Shown: positions 8,946-18,359, counted from the stretch's first letter. The stretch is 34,350 nt of DNA from Promethearchaeota archaeon (GCA_016839585.1 JAEOTZ010000090.1:1-34350); one strand, 5' to 3'. Program-made: numbers and translations. The notes: generated by a model not told the origin, from the sequence alone.

Positions 8946-10373
8946 ATGGTAAAAATGAATAAAGAAGATATATGCTTCTTGCCTGCTTTTGAAATGGGAG
9001 AGAGAATAAGAACTCAAGAACTTACTTCTCAAGAAATTACAGAAGTTATTATCGAAAGAATTGAGAAAATTAATCCAGTTATAAATGCATACTGTACTCC
9101 TACTTTCGAATTAGCAAGAGAAATGGCAAAAAAGGCTGATAAAGCTGTAAAGGATGGTGGAAAGTTAGGATTATTACATGGAATTCCAACTTCAATAAAA
9201 GACTTAATGTTTACTAAAGGAATAAGGACCACATTCGGATCATTAATGTATGAAAACTTTATACCGGAAGAAGATGATATTGCAGTAGAAAGGTTAAAAA
9301 ATGCTGGTTGCGTAATTTTAGGAAAAACAAATACTCCTGAATTAGGCTATGCTGGATCTACTCATAATCGCGTTTTTGGAGAGAGTAAAAATCCTTGGAA
9401 ATTAGATAGAACTCCTGGAGGTTCAACTGGAGGAGGTGGTGCTGCCGTAGCTTGCGGTTTAGGTCCACTTGCATTAGGAAATGATGGGGGTGGTTCAATA
9501 AGACATCCTGCTTCACTTTGTGGAGTTTATGGTATAAAACCTAACCTTGGAAGAGTGCCAGTGTATCCAAATATATGTTTTCACGGAACTGGGTATGTTT
9601 CTTATGGGCCACTTACTAATTACGTTAAGGATGCTGCTTTAATGCTAGATGCAATGAAGGGTCCTCACGATGCTGATAGATTTAGCTTACCAGCAGAAAA
9701 AATTAATTATATAGAACATGTTGATAAGAAGCCTGATAAACTAAAAATTGGATATTCATTAGATTTAGGTTATGCTAAAGTTATTGATACTGAAGTAGAG
9801 AAAAGTGTAATAGATTCAGTAGAAAAATTTGAAAAATATGGATGGACTGTTGAAAAAATAAAAATGAAAATGCGGAAACCGGAGATGTCTTTTTATACCC
9901 TTTATATATCAGATTATTATTATGATCTTAAGCCAAAATTTAAAGAGTGGCGAGATAAATTAGATCCTGAACTAGTAAAAATGGCAGAGGCTAGTATTGG
10001 TTATTCTGCAAATGAAGTGATGAGAGCATTGGATCAACGTGAAAAGATTTATAGAGCAATTTATGAAATTTTTAAAACCTATGATATTTTAGTAACACCA
10101 ACAACCGCAATTCCTGCATTTAAATTAGGATTAATGTTCCCACCACAAATAAATGGAAGGAATGTTTCACCTACTGGATGGATGCCTTTCAGTTTTCCGT
10201 TTAATTTAACAGGACATCCAGCAGCATCTATACCTTGCGGTTGGTCGAATGAGGATTTACCTATTGGCATGCAAATTGTTGGAAACAGGTTCAATGAAAT
10301 GCTAGTACTTCAAGTTTCAAAAGCTTTCGAAGAAATACAACCATGGCAAGATAAACGACCAAAATTTGATTAA
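8946..10373 (+). CDS. Amidase signature family protein (GatA/FAAH-like)
   Basis: GIPTSIKD (catalytic Lys), GKTNTPE, TPGGSTGG, GNDGGGSIRHPAS (nucleophile Ser), LPIGMQIVG. Confidence 0.92.
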   Translation: MVKMNKEDICFLPAFEMGERIRTQELTSQEITEVIIERIEKINPVINAYCTPTFELAREMAKKADKAVKDGGKLGLLHGIPTSIKDLMFTKGIRTTFGSLMYENFIPEEDDIAVERLKNAGCVILGKTNTPELGYAGSTHNRVFGESKNPWKLDRTPGGSTGGGGAAVACGLGPLALGNDGGGSIRHPASLCGVYGIKPNLGRVPVYPNICFHGTGYVSYGPLTNYVKDAALMLDAMKGPHDADRFSLPAEKINYIEHVDKKPDKLKIGYSLDLGYAKVIDTEVEKSVIDSVEKFEKYGWTVEKIKMKMRKPEMSFYTLYISDYYYDLKPKFKEWRDKLDPELVKMAEASIGYSANEVMRALDQREKIYRAIYEIFKTYDILVTPTTAIPAFKLGLMFPPQINGRNVSPTGWMPFSFPFNLTGHPAASIPCGWSNEDLPIGMQIVGNRFNEMLVLQVSKAFEEIQPWQDKRPKFD

Positions 10374-10409
10374 TTATTAAATTTTTATTTTTTTATATAA
10401 TTTTAGAAA

Positions 10410-11498
10410 CTAAAATGATTTCATATTAGAAGTCGTAATATATGAGGAATCTCCGATTGTAATACTTTTTTTAATCAGATCTTCCAAAAAACAATAGTCT
10501 CCTATAATACTCTCTGAAGTGATAATTTTCTTCAAATTTGCGCCATCACCTATAACAGATTCAGAGATAATACACTTTTCTAGGATTACATCATCTCCAA
10601 TGGACACATTTGGGCCAATCACAGAATCTAAGATCTTTGAGTTTTTCCCAATATACACAGGAGATACAATTTTAGAATCAACAATATTACCTGATTGGTA
10701 CATTTTTTCATAAGAAGGGTCTTCTAATTTGATTTCTGCAAGTAAATGTCTATTACCTTCAATTAAGCTTTCAGGTCTTCCAAAATCTAAAATTTCTTCC
10801 TTCATCTCATTAATTTTTAGTTTAAAGCCCTCATCTATGAGTTTTTGAATGACAGGAGTCAAATGATGTTCCTGTCCATTTTCTAATTTAATTTTACTTT
10901 GCTCCTCCAATAATTCAAATATACGGGGAGTTATACTCATTCCAAATAAATAGGCTCCAGAGACAGCATAGTTAGTTTTAGGCTCTTTAGGCTTCTCAAT
11001 AATATTAGTGATATAACTTTCATCATTTAGTTCGATTACTCCATAGAATTGAGGATTTTTAACTTGCTTTACATTCATTACACCATCGCAAATATCCTGA
11101 TGGAACTTCAAGAGAATTGGTGAATAATCTTCTAAAGGGAGTCTATCACTTAGTAAAATGAAACAATCATCATTTTCAGCTAAATTTTTAGCTAATAATA
11201 TGGCATCACCAAGCCCACTGAAAAAGGGAGTATCAGCTTCATAACCAATTGGTTTCTGCACGATAAATTGTAAATTAAAATAATTCGAATAATTTTCAGT
11301 TAAATATTCAGATATTTGCCTTTTCTTATAACCTACTATAAAACAAAGATTAGTATTTTTCGGAAAAGTTTTTTTTAGCTTTATTAGAATATGGTCGATT
11401 AACCTCTTTCCTGCTATCTTTATAAATGCTTTAGGCTTCGAATATGTGAAGGGCAATAATCTCTTTCCTATACCCGCTAGGGGAGCTATAACCCACAT
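10410..11498 (-). CDS. Sugar-phosphate nucleotidyltransferase (glucose-1-phosphate thymidylyltransferase-like) with C-terminal left-handed beta-helix
   Basis: LAGIGKRLLPFTYSKPK, GLGDAI, YGV...IIEKP, DFGRPE and C-terminal hexapeptide repeats (IGKNSKI, IGPNVSIG). Confidence 0.9.
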   Translation of the reverse strand: MWVIAPLAGIGKRLLPFTYSKPKAFIKIAGKRLIDHILIKLKKTFPKNTNLCFIVGYKKRQISEYLTENYSNYFNLQFIVQKPIGYEADTPFFSGLGDAILLAKNLAENDDCFILLSDRLPLEDYSPILLKFHQDICDGVMNVKQVKNPQFYGVIELNDESYITNIIEKPKEPKTNYAVSGAYLFGMSITPRIFELLEEQSKIKLENGQEHHLTPVIQKLIDEGFKLKINEMKEEILDFGRPESLIEGNRHLLAEIKLEDPSYEKMYQSGNIVDSKIVSPVYIGKNSKILDSVIGPNVSIGDDVILEKCIISESVIGDGANLKKIITSESIIGDYCFLEDLIKKSITIGDSSYITTSNMKSF

Positions 11499-11587
11499 TT
11501 GCTAATTCAATAGATATCTAATTTTTGCTATACAAAATATAAATATCTATGAAATAAAAAGTATTTTGAATTATTTCCTGATTGTTT

Positions 11588-12118
11588 TCATATTTCTAAA
11601 ATTCTTCTAAGGATTTCATAATATTCAGTTTCTTTCAGCTTTTCATTTACAGTTTCTTTTAGTTTTCTTAAGATATAATAATCAGAACTAATTTTTTTAG
11701 AATTGTATAATTTCTTATTTATAGCAACTCTGGTTTTTTCGTCTAAAAATTTAGGAGGGATTTTCTTATATTTATCGATCAATTGCTTTCTATCACTTAT
11801 TAGAGATAATCTTGATTCTTGTTCGACTTTAAATTCAACTTTTTTATACAAATTTTTTACCCAGGTTTCAATTTTATCCAAATCTCCTTTTAGATAATTC
11901 CTTTGATTTAACCAATCCTTAAATTCAAGAATATTATTTAAAAAGTCTTCTTTTCTTGTAGTTAGATCAGCATTTAGCTTCTCCTTTTCAGTTAAATCCC
12001 TAATTTTTCTTTTCTTTAATTCTTGAACTTTTTCTTGAGGAAGTGCTTTAAATAATTTTTCCCTTCTGAGTTCTTCTTCTTTTGAATCTTTATCAGAAAG
12101 CCATTTATCGATTGACAT
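11588..12118 (-). CDS. Hypothetical charged alpha-helical protein
   Basis: 176-aa ATG-initiated ORF, K/E-rich, fills the space between recognisable genes. Confidence 0.7.
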   Translation of the reverse strand: MSIDKWLSDKDSKEEELRREKLFKALPQEKVQELKKRKIRDLTEKEKLNADLTTRKEDFLNNILEFKDWLNQRNYLKGDLDKIETWVKNLYKKVEFKVEQESRLSLISDRKQLIDKYKKIPPKFLDEKTRVAINKKLYNSKKISSDYYILRKLKETVNEKLKETEYYEILRRILEI

Positions 12119-12255
12119 ATTACTTCAATAAAATAGTAAGTTCTTTCGATAAAAATTTATTATTTATTAATAAATTAATATAGACTGTTAAAAATTCCAA
12201 TAATTCATATTTAAAGATAAATTAAAATTCGATTTACATTATTATAATTTATATT

Positions 12256-13026
12256 ATGAAGGTTAAAGGAGTAATTTTTGATTTTGGCTTTACATTATTT
12301 TATTTTGATGAACCTTCTATTGAGAAATATTTTGAATGTTTTAAGACAGGGTTAATAAGTTCTATTGACTTATTAAAAAAACATAATATATTGAAAGAAA
12401 AAATAGCAATTGAAGATTTTATCAAAATTTTTAAAAGAAAAAGAGCTTCCTCTTTTAAAAAAAGTATCAAAACAAAATCAGAAATTCCAACATCTTTAAT
12501 TTTTCAAAATGCATTAAAAATAATGGTAGAAAAAAATACAATAAACGATTTGGATGAATTGAATGATCAATTCTATGTGAAATTAGCAAACATATACCAT
12601 TCTTGTGAAGAAGATGAATGGATTCCTTTCGAAAACACAAAAGATACATTAGAGAAATTAGCCTTAAAAAATTTAAAAATCGCATTAATCTCTAATCATC
12701 CAAATCATAAAACAATTGAAAACATATTAATTAAACATGATTTATTTCGATTTTTTGATGTAATTGTTACCTCTGCTAAATTTGGAAAAAGAAAACCCGA
12801 TCCTAATATTTTTTTTCATACACTTAAAAAAATGGGTTTAGAAAGTCATGCAAATTCTATTATAATGTGTGGAGATGAATATGCTGATATTATAGGGGCT
12901 TATAGAGCAAATTTAAAAGCTATTTTATTAGATAGGAAATTTAAATTCCCTTTTGAAAAGGATATTGACGTCCCTAATTATATAAAAGTGAAGGATGTAT
13001 CAGAGATCTTAAACTTCATTGATTAA
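12256..13026 (+). CDS. HAD-superfamily hydrolase (subfamily IA)
   Basis: Motif I VIFDFGFTL, motif II LISN, motif III RKPDPNIF, motif IV CGDEYADIIGA. Confidence 0.9.
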   Translation: MKVKGVIFDFGFTLFYFDEPSIEKYFECFKTGLISSIDLLKKHNILKEKIAIEDFIKIFKRKRASSFKKSIKTKSEIPTSLIFQNALKIMVEKNTINDLDELNDQFYVKLANIYHSCEEDEWIPFENTKDTLEKLALKNLKIALISNHPNHKTIENILIKHDLFRFFDVIVTSAKFGKRKPDPNIFFHTLKKMGLESHANSIIMCGDEYADIIGAYRANLKAILLDRKFKFPFEKDIDVPNYIKVKDVSEILNFID

Positions 13027-13079
13027 AACAAAAAGCAAATATATTTGAAGAGTTAAATAAAAAATTAAAAAGTTTACTC

Positions 13080-14849
13080 TCAATCAAATAAATTCTTTAT
13101 TATCTCTTTAATTTGAGAATCGTGATATGGTATGTCAACATTATATAATTTTTTTATGTTTCTTCTTATTTTTGTTGGAGAATGTCTGTCAATCTTATGA
13201 TCGATTATATAAATTATAAAATAAGTAGAGGTTTTAAAAAAATTCAGAATTAAATTTTTTGTATGAGTATATTCTAATAAATAGCTTATTCTATCTAAAT
13301 TTGAAACTTTAACAAAATAACGTAGATGATCAATAATTTTATTCATACTTATATCAATACAATTCTCTAATAAAACATTAAAGATGAAATAGCAGACAAT
13401 TTTCTTAACATTTAAAGGTATCCTTATCCCTCCTACAACTCTATCATCGATTTTTATAGCAGAATTAAGGCTTATCCAATTTTCATAGTTTTTACCTCGA
13501 TCTTGAATTAACTTTTGGATATATTTGGATATAGTTTCTTTCTTCATCGGAGATTCACCTTTCTTTATTAAATATTCTCTGACTCCATTAAGAGTTCCTA
13601 AACTTTCAAATAAAGTCTTTAAGTATATTGCACGTCCCTTCTTATAATCCCTACGAGGTCTTTCATACCTAAGAACATCCTTAATATCCATTCCGATTTC
13701 GGCGAGTCTTTCTTGAATTAATGATTTTTTAATTGTCCATTTAAAAGGTTTTATACTCTTAAAAATAAAATTATAAACATTATTTTTCGCTTCAGTATTC
13801 GTAGAATAACCAGTATAATCAGAACCATTTTTGGTTTTACCAATATAAGTACTAATTTTCGAGAAACTGATATCTAAACATTTACATAAATTCTTAAAAT
13901 CAAGAACAAGAGGTTTCGAAGCATTGGTAAATTTAATCCCTATAGCTAAATAATTCTTCTTCTTATTCCAATTTAAATAAATAGAGCCATCTGTATCAAC
14001 AAGTCCTCTTATGCAAGCTACAGTAAGATGTTTATATATGGTTTCCCATTCATTTCGATTATTTTTAATCCAATTTAAATCTCTTTTAATCCAATAAGGA
14101 ATATCTACTTGATTTAAAACTTTATTTCCTGGTTTTATTCCCAAATTAATTAAAAAACGAATTATCTCTTTTTTATAAATTCTAATTAATGTAGTATTAT
14201 CCTCATCTCTTTCTCTAATTGTAGGTTCTATATCAAAAAATGATTTTATTAGGTCTTTAACATAATATACATAATCAGGTTCAGTAGAATTAAAAGAAAT
14301 TTCGCAGAGATAATTTCTCTTTTTTTCATCAAAAGAGATATGACCGTCACCTAAAATTATTCCAATCAACTCAGTTAAAAGGAGAACTTTCTTCCAACTT
14401 AATCCTGTCAAATGATTATTAATTTTGGTACTATTAACATTTTGAATTTTAGAATTTCTAAAGTTTTCCATTAATGTTTTAGTATTATCTAGCGGGCTTT
14501 TCGTCCTTACTTCTTTTTTATAATAACCAATTTCTTTTATCAATTGATACCTTTTTATTATTTTTATCATATAAGTTTCTAAATTATTATTTCCACCTAT
14601 TTCTATGGGTTTATATTTTCCATTTCTTATTATATCTTCACTCTCTTCTGAATTAATATTAATTTTCTTAATTATTAGTTCGCTTATTAAGAAAAGTATT
14701 GAAATTAGAGAAAATATGTAAATTAGGAATTTATTTACTAAATCTACTTTAGTATAAATAAATATAGTTAAAGCCCCGAAGAAAAGTATTAGAAATGCGA
14801 TTCCTTTTCTTAAATTACCATTAATTTTTATCATATTTATTATTTTCAA
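13080..14849 (-). CDS. Free-standing two-motif LAGLIDADG (DOD-type) endonuclease-like protein with N-terminal TM segments and a long C-terminal extension
   Basis: ELIGIILGDGHI and CIRGLVDTDGSI about 120 aa apart, PGNK, IPYWI, IKFTNASKPLV; two hydrophobic helices in the first 60 aa; no intein splicing blocks. An ATG start at 14834 is possible. Confidence 0.85.
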   Translation of the reverse strand: MKIINMIKINGNLRKGIAFLILFFGALTIFIYTKVDLVNKFLIYIFSLISILFLISELIIKKININSEESEDIIRNGKYKPIEIGGNNNLETYMIKIIKRYQLIKEIGYYKKEVRTKSPLDNTKTLMENFRNSKIQNVNSTKINNHLTGLSWKKVLLLTELIGIILGDGHISFDEKKRNYLCEISFNSTEPDYVYYVKDLIKSFFDIEPTIRERDEDNTTLIRIYKKEIIRFLINLGIKPGNKVLNQVDIPYWIKRDLNWIKNNRNEWETIYKHLTVACIRGLVDTDGSIYLNWNKKKNYLAIGIKFTNASKPLVLDFKNLCKCLDISFSKISTYIGKTKNGSDYTGYSTNTEAKNNVYNFIFKSIKPFKWTIKKSLIQERLAEIGMDIKDVLRYERPRRDYKKGRAIYLKTLFESLGTLNGVREYLIKKGESPMKKETISKYIQKLIQDRGKNYENWISLNSAIKIDDRVVGGIRIPLNVKKIVCYFIFNVLLENCIDISMNKIIDHLRYFVKVSNLDRISYLLEYTHTKNLILNFFKTSTYFIIYIIDHKIDRHSPTKIRRNIKKLYNVDIPYHDSQIKEIIKNLFD

Positions 14850-14976
14850 ATTAGTTATGAGTATTAATAACTATTTAAAAAAGATCTATTTAAATAAAAA
14901 AAATAAAAACCAAATTGAAATTAAAAAATACATCTTTGATTGATTTATATAAATATTAAGAAACAATGAGAAAATA

Positions 14977-15100
14977 TAGCCCAGAGGGGATTTGTTCCAT
15001 CTAAAAGTATTTTTTTAGAAGATTGAACCCCTGATCACTGGCTTTTTGCCAATAAATCAAGTCCGCAAGCCAGCGTCCTATCCAACTAGACCACTGGGCT
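14977..15100 (-). tRNA. tRNA-Arg(GCG) with two introns: 37/38 (15044-15062, 19 nt) and 58/59 (14992-15022, 31 nt)
   Basis: Reverse complement folds with acceptor AGCCCAG/CTGGGCT-A, anticodon stem CTGGC/GCCAG with loop TT-GCG-G^A, and T arm AGGGG-TTCAA^AT-CCCCT. 74 nt after splicing; CCA not encoded. BHB central helices TTGC/GCAA and GTTC/GAAC. Confidence 0.93.
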
Positions 15101-15189
15101 ATTTGATATTTAATAATTTAACGTGAATAATAGTTAAAATATTTTGTTTCTCTATAATACTTACTTAATTATCCGTTAAAGTTAATACT

Positions 15190-15858
15190 ATGTTTCAAGA
15201 ATATGGCGTAATTTTTGATGTCGATGGTGTTTTAGTAGATACAGGACCTTTTCATTTTGAAAGTTGGGTTAAAATGGCTAATGAAATAGGAAAAAAGTTT
15301 ACAAAAAAATTCTTTGATTTAACATTTGGTCAACAAAGTGTTCCAATTACTCGAAAATTAGTAGGACCTAAAGTTGAACAACATCTTGTTGAAAAATGGG
15401 CAAGTTTAAAAGAACAATATTATCGAGAAATGGTAAAAGATAAATTAGAACCATTACCAGGAGTCTTAAATTTGATCAAAGATCTTAAAGATAAAAAATT
15501 TAAATTGGCAATTGGTTCAAGTGGTCCTCCTGAAAATGTTGAATTAGTGTTAGCAACCTTAAATTTAACCCAAAATTTCGACGTTATCATAACTGCTGCT
15601 GAGGTGGAAAAAAGCAAGCCTGAACCTGACGTTTTTTTAATTGCAGCTCAACAACTTAAATTAGATCCTAAAAATTGTATTGTAATCGAAGATGCACCAG
15701 TGGGTATTGAGGCAGCTAAACGCGCTAGCATGCCTGTAATTGCTTTAAGAACTACACACTGCAATGTTGATCTTCTTGATGCGAATTTGATAGTGAATGA
15801 TTTAAGATCTGTAAATATTGCTGATATTATTAGATTATTGAATATCAATTTAGAATAA
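15190..15858 (+). CDS. HAD-family phosphatase, beta-phosphoglucomutase-like
   Basis: IFDVDGVLVDT, GSS, KSKPEPDVF, IVIEDAPVGIEAAKRA. Confidence 0.9.
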   Translation: MFQEYGVIFDVDGVLVDTGPFHFESWVKMANEIGKKFTKKFFDLTFGQQSVPITRKLVGPKVEQHLVEKWASLKEQYYREMVKDKLEPLPGVLNLIKDLKDKKFKLAIGSSGPPENVELVLATLNLTQNFDVIITAAEVEKSKPEPDVFLIAAQQLKLDPKNCIVIEDAPVGIEAAKRASMPVIALRTTHCNVDLLDANLIVNDLRSVNIADIIRLLNINLE

Positions 15859-15859
15859 A

Positions 15860-16975
15860 TCATTCAATAAGTATAACATTTTTCTGACACTTTTCTTTTA
15901 TTACTAACTTCCCGATATTTACTACTCTTAATGCTAAATCAGAAATCTTCCATTTTTCATAACCCTTTACATAAGTAGAAAAAGTATCTTGTAGAGGATC
16001 TTTCCATTTTGAAGGAATTTTATCTACACCTAATTGAGCACCAAGAATCGCCCCAATATTTCCACAATTACAATCAGTATCGTATCCCATCATAGCAGAA
16101 ATGCAAATAGATTTACCCAGTGGATCTTTTCCATCTTCAGCACCATATAAAAGAGATAAAATTATAATCCCGATATTGGGTAGAACATGTACTTCTGATT
16201 CTTTTCCCTTTAATATACTTGATCTTTCTGTTTCTGAAGGTGGCTCTTTATCAACTAGTTCTTTTTTTATCTTTGCCCAATGTTCATTAATTAAAACATC
16301 TCTAGCTTTTCTAAAATCTTTTGGATTTTGCTCATATATTGTAATTGCTTCTTTTATAGTGTGGGTATAATGACTTTCTGTTTCATTGGGTAAAAAAGAT
16401 AGAGATTTGTCTATATTTTTCCGTATGTCTTTTTCAAAAAATGCATTAGAAATTAGTTCAGCAACATAGACCTCCCCTTCAATCCCAATACCAGAATGGG
16501 AAATTGTTCCATCCAATTCAGCATAATATTTGGCTATTTCTGGACATCCTGGCGTGATCTGACCCCAAAGATCCGCTCGCATTTGAGCTCCAATAAAATC
16601 ATAATAAGGGTTATTATAAATTCCAGATTGTGGGGGGAAAATCTTTGCCTTTAGATTATTTAATGCTACTTTTTCTGCAGTAAATACAGCTCGTTCAAAT
16701 TTTAAAAGATTTAACCACTCTAAAGCAATATCTTTTGCAGTAAGATCTAACCCATACTTTTCTAAAGCAATAAGAGCAATGATCTCATACATTTCATCGT
16801 CATTCACATAGTTTAAATTAATTTTCTTAGGGTAGTATGTGATTTCACCATATCTACGTTTAATATAATTAACATCTCTTAATTCTACTGGTGCACCCAC
16901 AAAATCTCCTGCAACACGTCCTATCCAAGATCCAAATACTTTATTATAGTACTCGTCCATCAAGATTTCTTTCAT
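15860..16975 (-). CDS. ADP-ribosylglycohydrolase family protein
   Basis: GDFVGAPVE, NDDEMY, GAQMRAD, TISH, GYDTDCNCGNIGAILGA metal-binding motifs. Confidence 0.9.
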   Translation of the reverse strand: MKEILMDEYYNKVFGSWIGRVAGDFVGAPVELRDVNYIKRRYGEITYYPKKINLNYVNDDEMYEIIALIALEKYGLDLTAKDIALEWLNLLKFERAVFTAEKVALNNLKAKIFPPQSGIYNNPYYDFIGAQMRADLWGQITPGCPEIAKYYAELDGTISHSGIGIEGEVYVAELISNAFFEKDIRKNIDKSLSFLPNETESHYTHTIKEAITIYEQNPKDFRKARDVLINEHWAKIKKELVDKEPPSETERSSILKGKESEVHVLPNIGIIILSLLYGAEDGKDPLGKSICISAMMGYDTDCNCGNIGAILGAQLGVDKIPSKWKDPLQDTFSTYVKGYEKWKISDLALRVVNIGKLVIKEKCQKNVILIE

Positions 16976-17075
16976 TATGTTTTAAAAAATTTTTTTTAAT
17001 AAATTAAATTTAGCATATCATTCATTATTTAAAATTTAAGAAATATCATAAGAAAAATAAGAAATTGATAATATA

Positions 17076-18359
17076 ATGAGTAGCACTTCTAAAGAAATAG
17101 AAAAATTCATTGGTATGTTTCCACCTGTTACATTTGCCAATGGAGATTGCCATATGATTGGTTCCTTTGGTAATGTAGGTATTGTAGAAACTGATGAAGG
17201 TTTAGTAGTTTTTGATATTACTACCAGACAATTTCGGAAGCGATTATTTAGAGCATTTAGAGCAATAACAAATAAGCAAATTAAATATTTGGTATTTAGT
17301 CATGGTCATTTTGATCATTGCTTTGGTTTCTCTCCATTTCTAGAGGAAATTAAAGAAAAAAATTGGGAACTACCTCAAATTATTGCTCATGAAAAATTAG
17401 TTGATCGCTTTAAAAGATATAAGGAATTAGATGAGTATCAAAATTGGATAAATTCAATGCAATTCGCCTCGATCTTTAAGAAGGAAAAAAGATTTACATC
17501 TACTCGTGAAATTCTTGAACCAACTATAATAATAAAAGGAAATGAAAATTACACATTTACATTTGGAAATTTAAAATTTGAAATATATCATGATATGGGA
17601 GAGACGGACGACTCAATATGGATGTTTGTCCCTGAGAAAAGTGTGCTTTTCACAGGAGATCTTATAATATCCAGTTTTCCTAATGTGGGGAATCCTTATA
17701 AGGTTCAGCGATATCCGAAACATTGGGCTGTAGCTATGGAAAAAATGATGGAAAAGAATGCGGAATATTTGGTTCCGGGTCATGGACCTTTAATAGAGGG
17801 AAAAGAGAGAATCAAAGACGTGTTATCTATAACAGCAGAGGTTATGCATTTTGTCCACGATGAAGTAGTGGAAAGGCTAAATGAAGGAAAATGGTTTGAA
17901 CAGATTTATCATGAAATGTTAGAAATCTACCCTGAGAAATTTAAAAAACATTACATTTTAAGACCTGTGTATGGTTCTTATCAATATGCTATCCATGCGG
18001 TATATAGGCTTTACCATGGTTGGTATAATACTGGAAATCCAACAGATTTATTTCCTGCAAAATCAACTGAAATAGCAAAAGAATTTCTAAAAATTAACTC
18101 TGAAAGACAATATCTTGAACGTGCAATGAAACTTTATGAAGAAGGGAAATTGCAATTAGCTTTACATATCCTTGATGTTATAATTAAAGGAAGCAATTCA
18201 GAAAACTCTGATAATCTTATAAATGTATATAAATTAAAGTTAAAAATTCTAAAAAAGAAAGCTCGTCAAGAAACTTCTTTCATTTCATTCAATATTTTTA
18301 ATAATGGAGCAAATGAAATTAAAGATATTCTTGAAAATTTAAGCAAGAGAAAGGTTTAA
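17076..18359 (+). CDS. Alkyl/aryl-sulfatase-like metallo-beta-lactamase with dimerisation domain
   Basis: SHGHFDH, GETDD, FTGD, PNVGNP..VQRYP..WA, LVPGHGP, YHGWY. Confidence 0.88.
   Translation: MSSTSKEIEKFIGMFPPVTFANGDCHMIGSFGNVGIVETDEGLVVFDITTRQFRKRLFRAFRAITNKQIKYLVFSHGHFDHCFGFSPFLEEIKEKNWELPQIIAHEKLVDRFKRYKELDEYQNWINSMQFASIFKKEKRFTSTREILEPTIIIKGNENYTFTFGNLKFEIYHDMGETDDSIWMFVPEKSVLFTGDLIISSFPNVGNPYKVQRYPKHWAVAMEKMMEKNAEYLVPGHGPLIEGKERIKDVLSITAEVMHFVHDEVVERLNEGKWFEQIYHEMLEIYPEKFKKHYILRPVYGSYQYAIHAVYRLYHGWYNTGNPTDLFPAKSTEIAKEFLKINSERQYLERAMKLYEEGKLQLALHILDVIIKGSNSENSDNLINVYKLKLKILKKKARQETSFISFNIFNNGANEIKDILENLSKRKV

Noticed and set aside
8946-10373. Calling the amidase gatA
   Set aside because: No gatB/gatC adjacent, and the sequence looks like a general amidase-signature enzyme; symbol withheld.
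11588-12118. N-terminal SIDKWL as a PCNA-interacting motif
   Set aside because: Lacks the conserved Gln and the second aromatic residue; too short to support.
13080-14849. Intein-containing host protein
   Set aside because: No N-terminal Cys/Ser splicing block, no C-terminal His-Asn followed by a nucleophile, and no recognisable extein.
13027-14976. Integrated element or provirus at tRNA-Arg
   Set aside because: No integrase, no duplicated tRNA 3' end and no terminal repeats seen; only a single gene lies in the interval.
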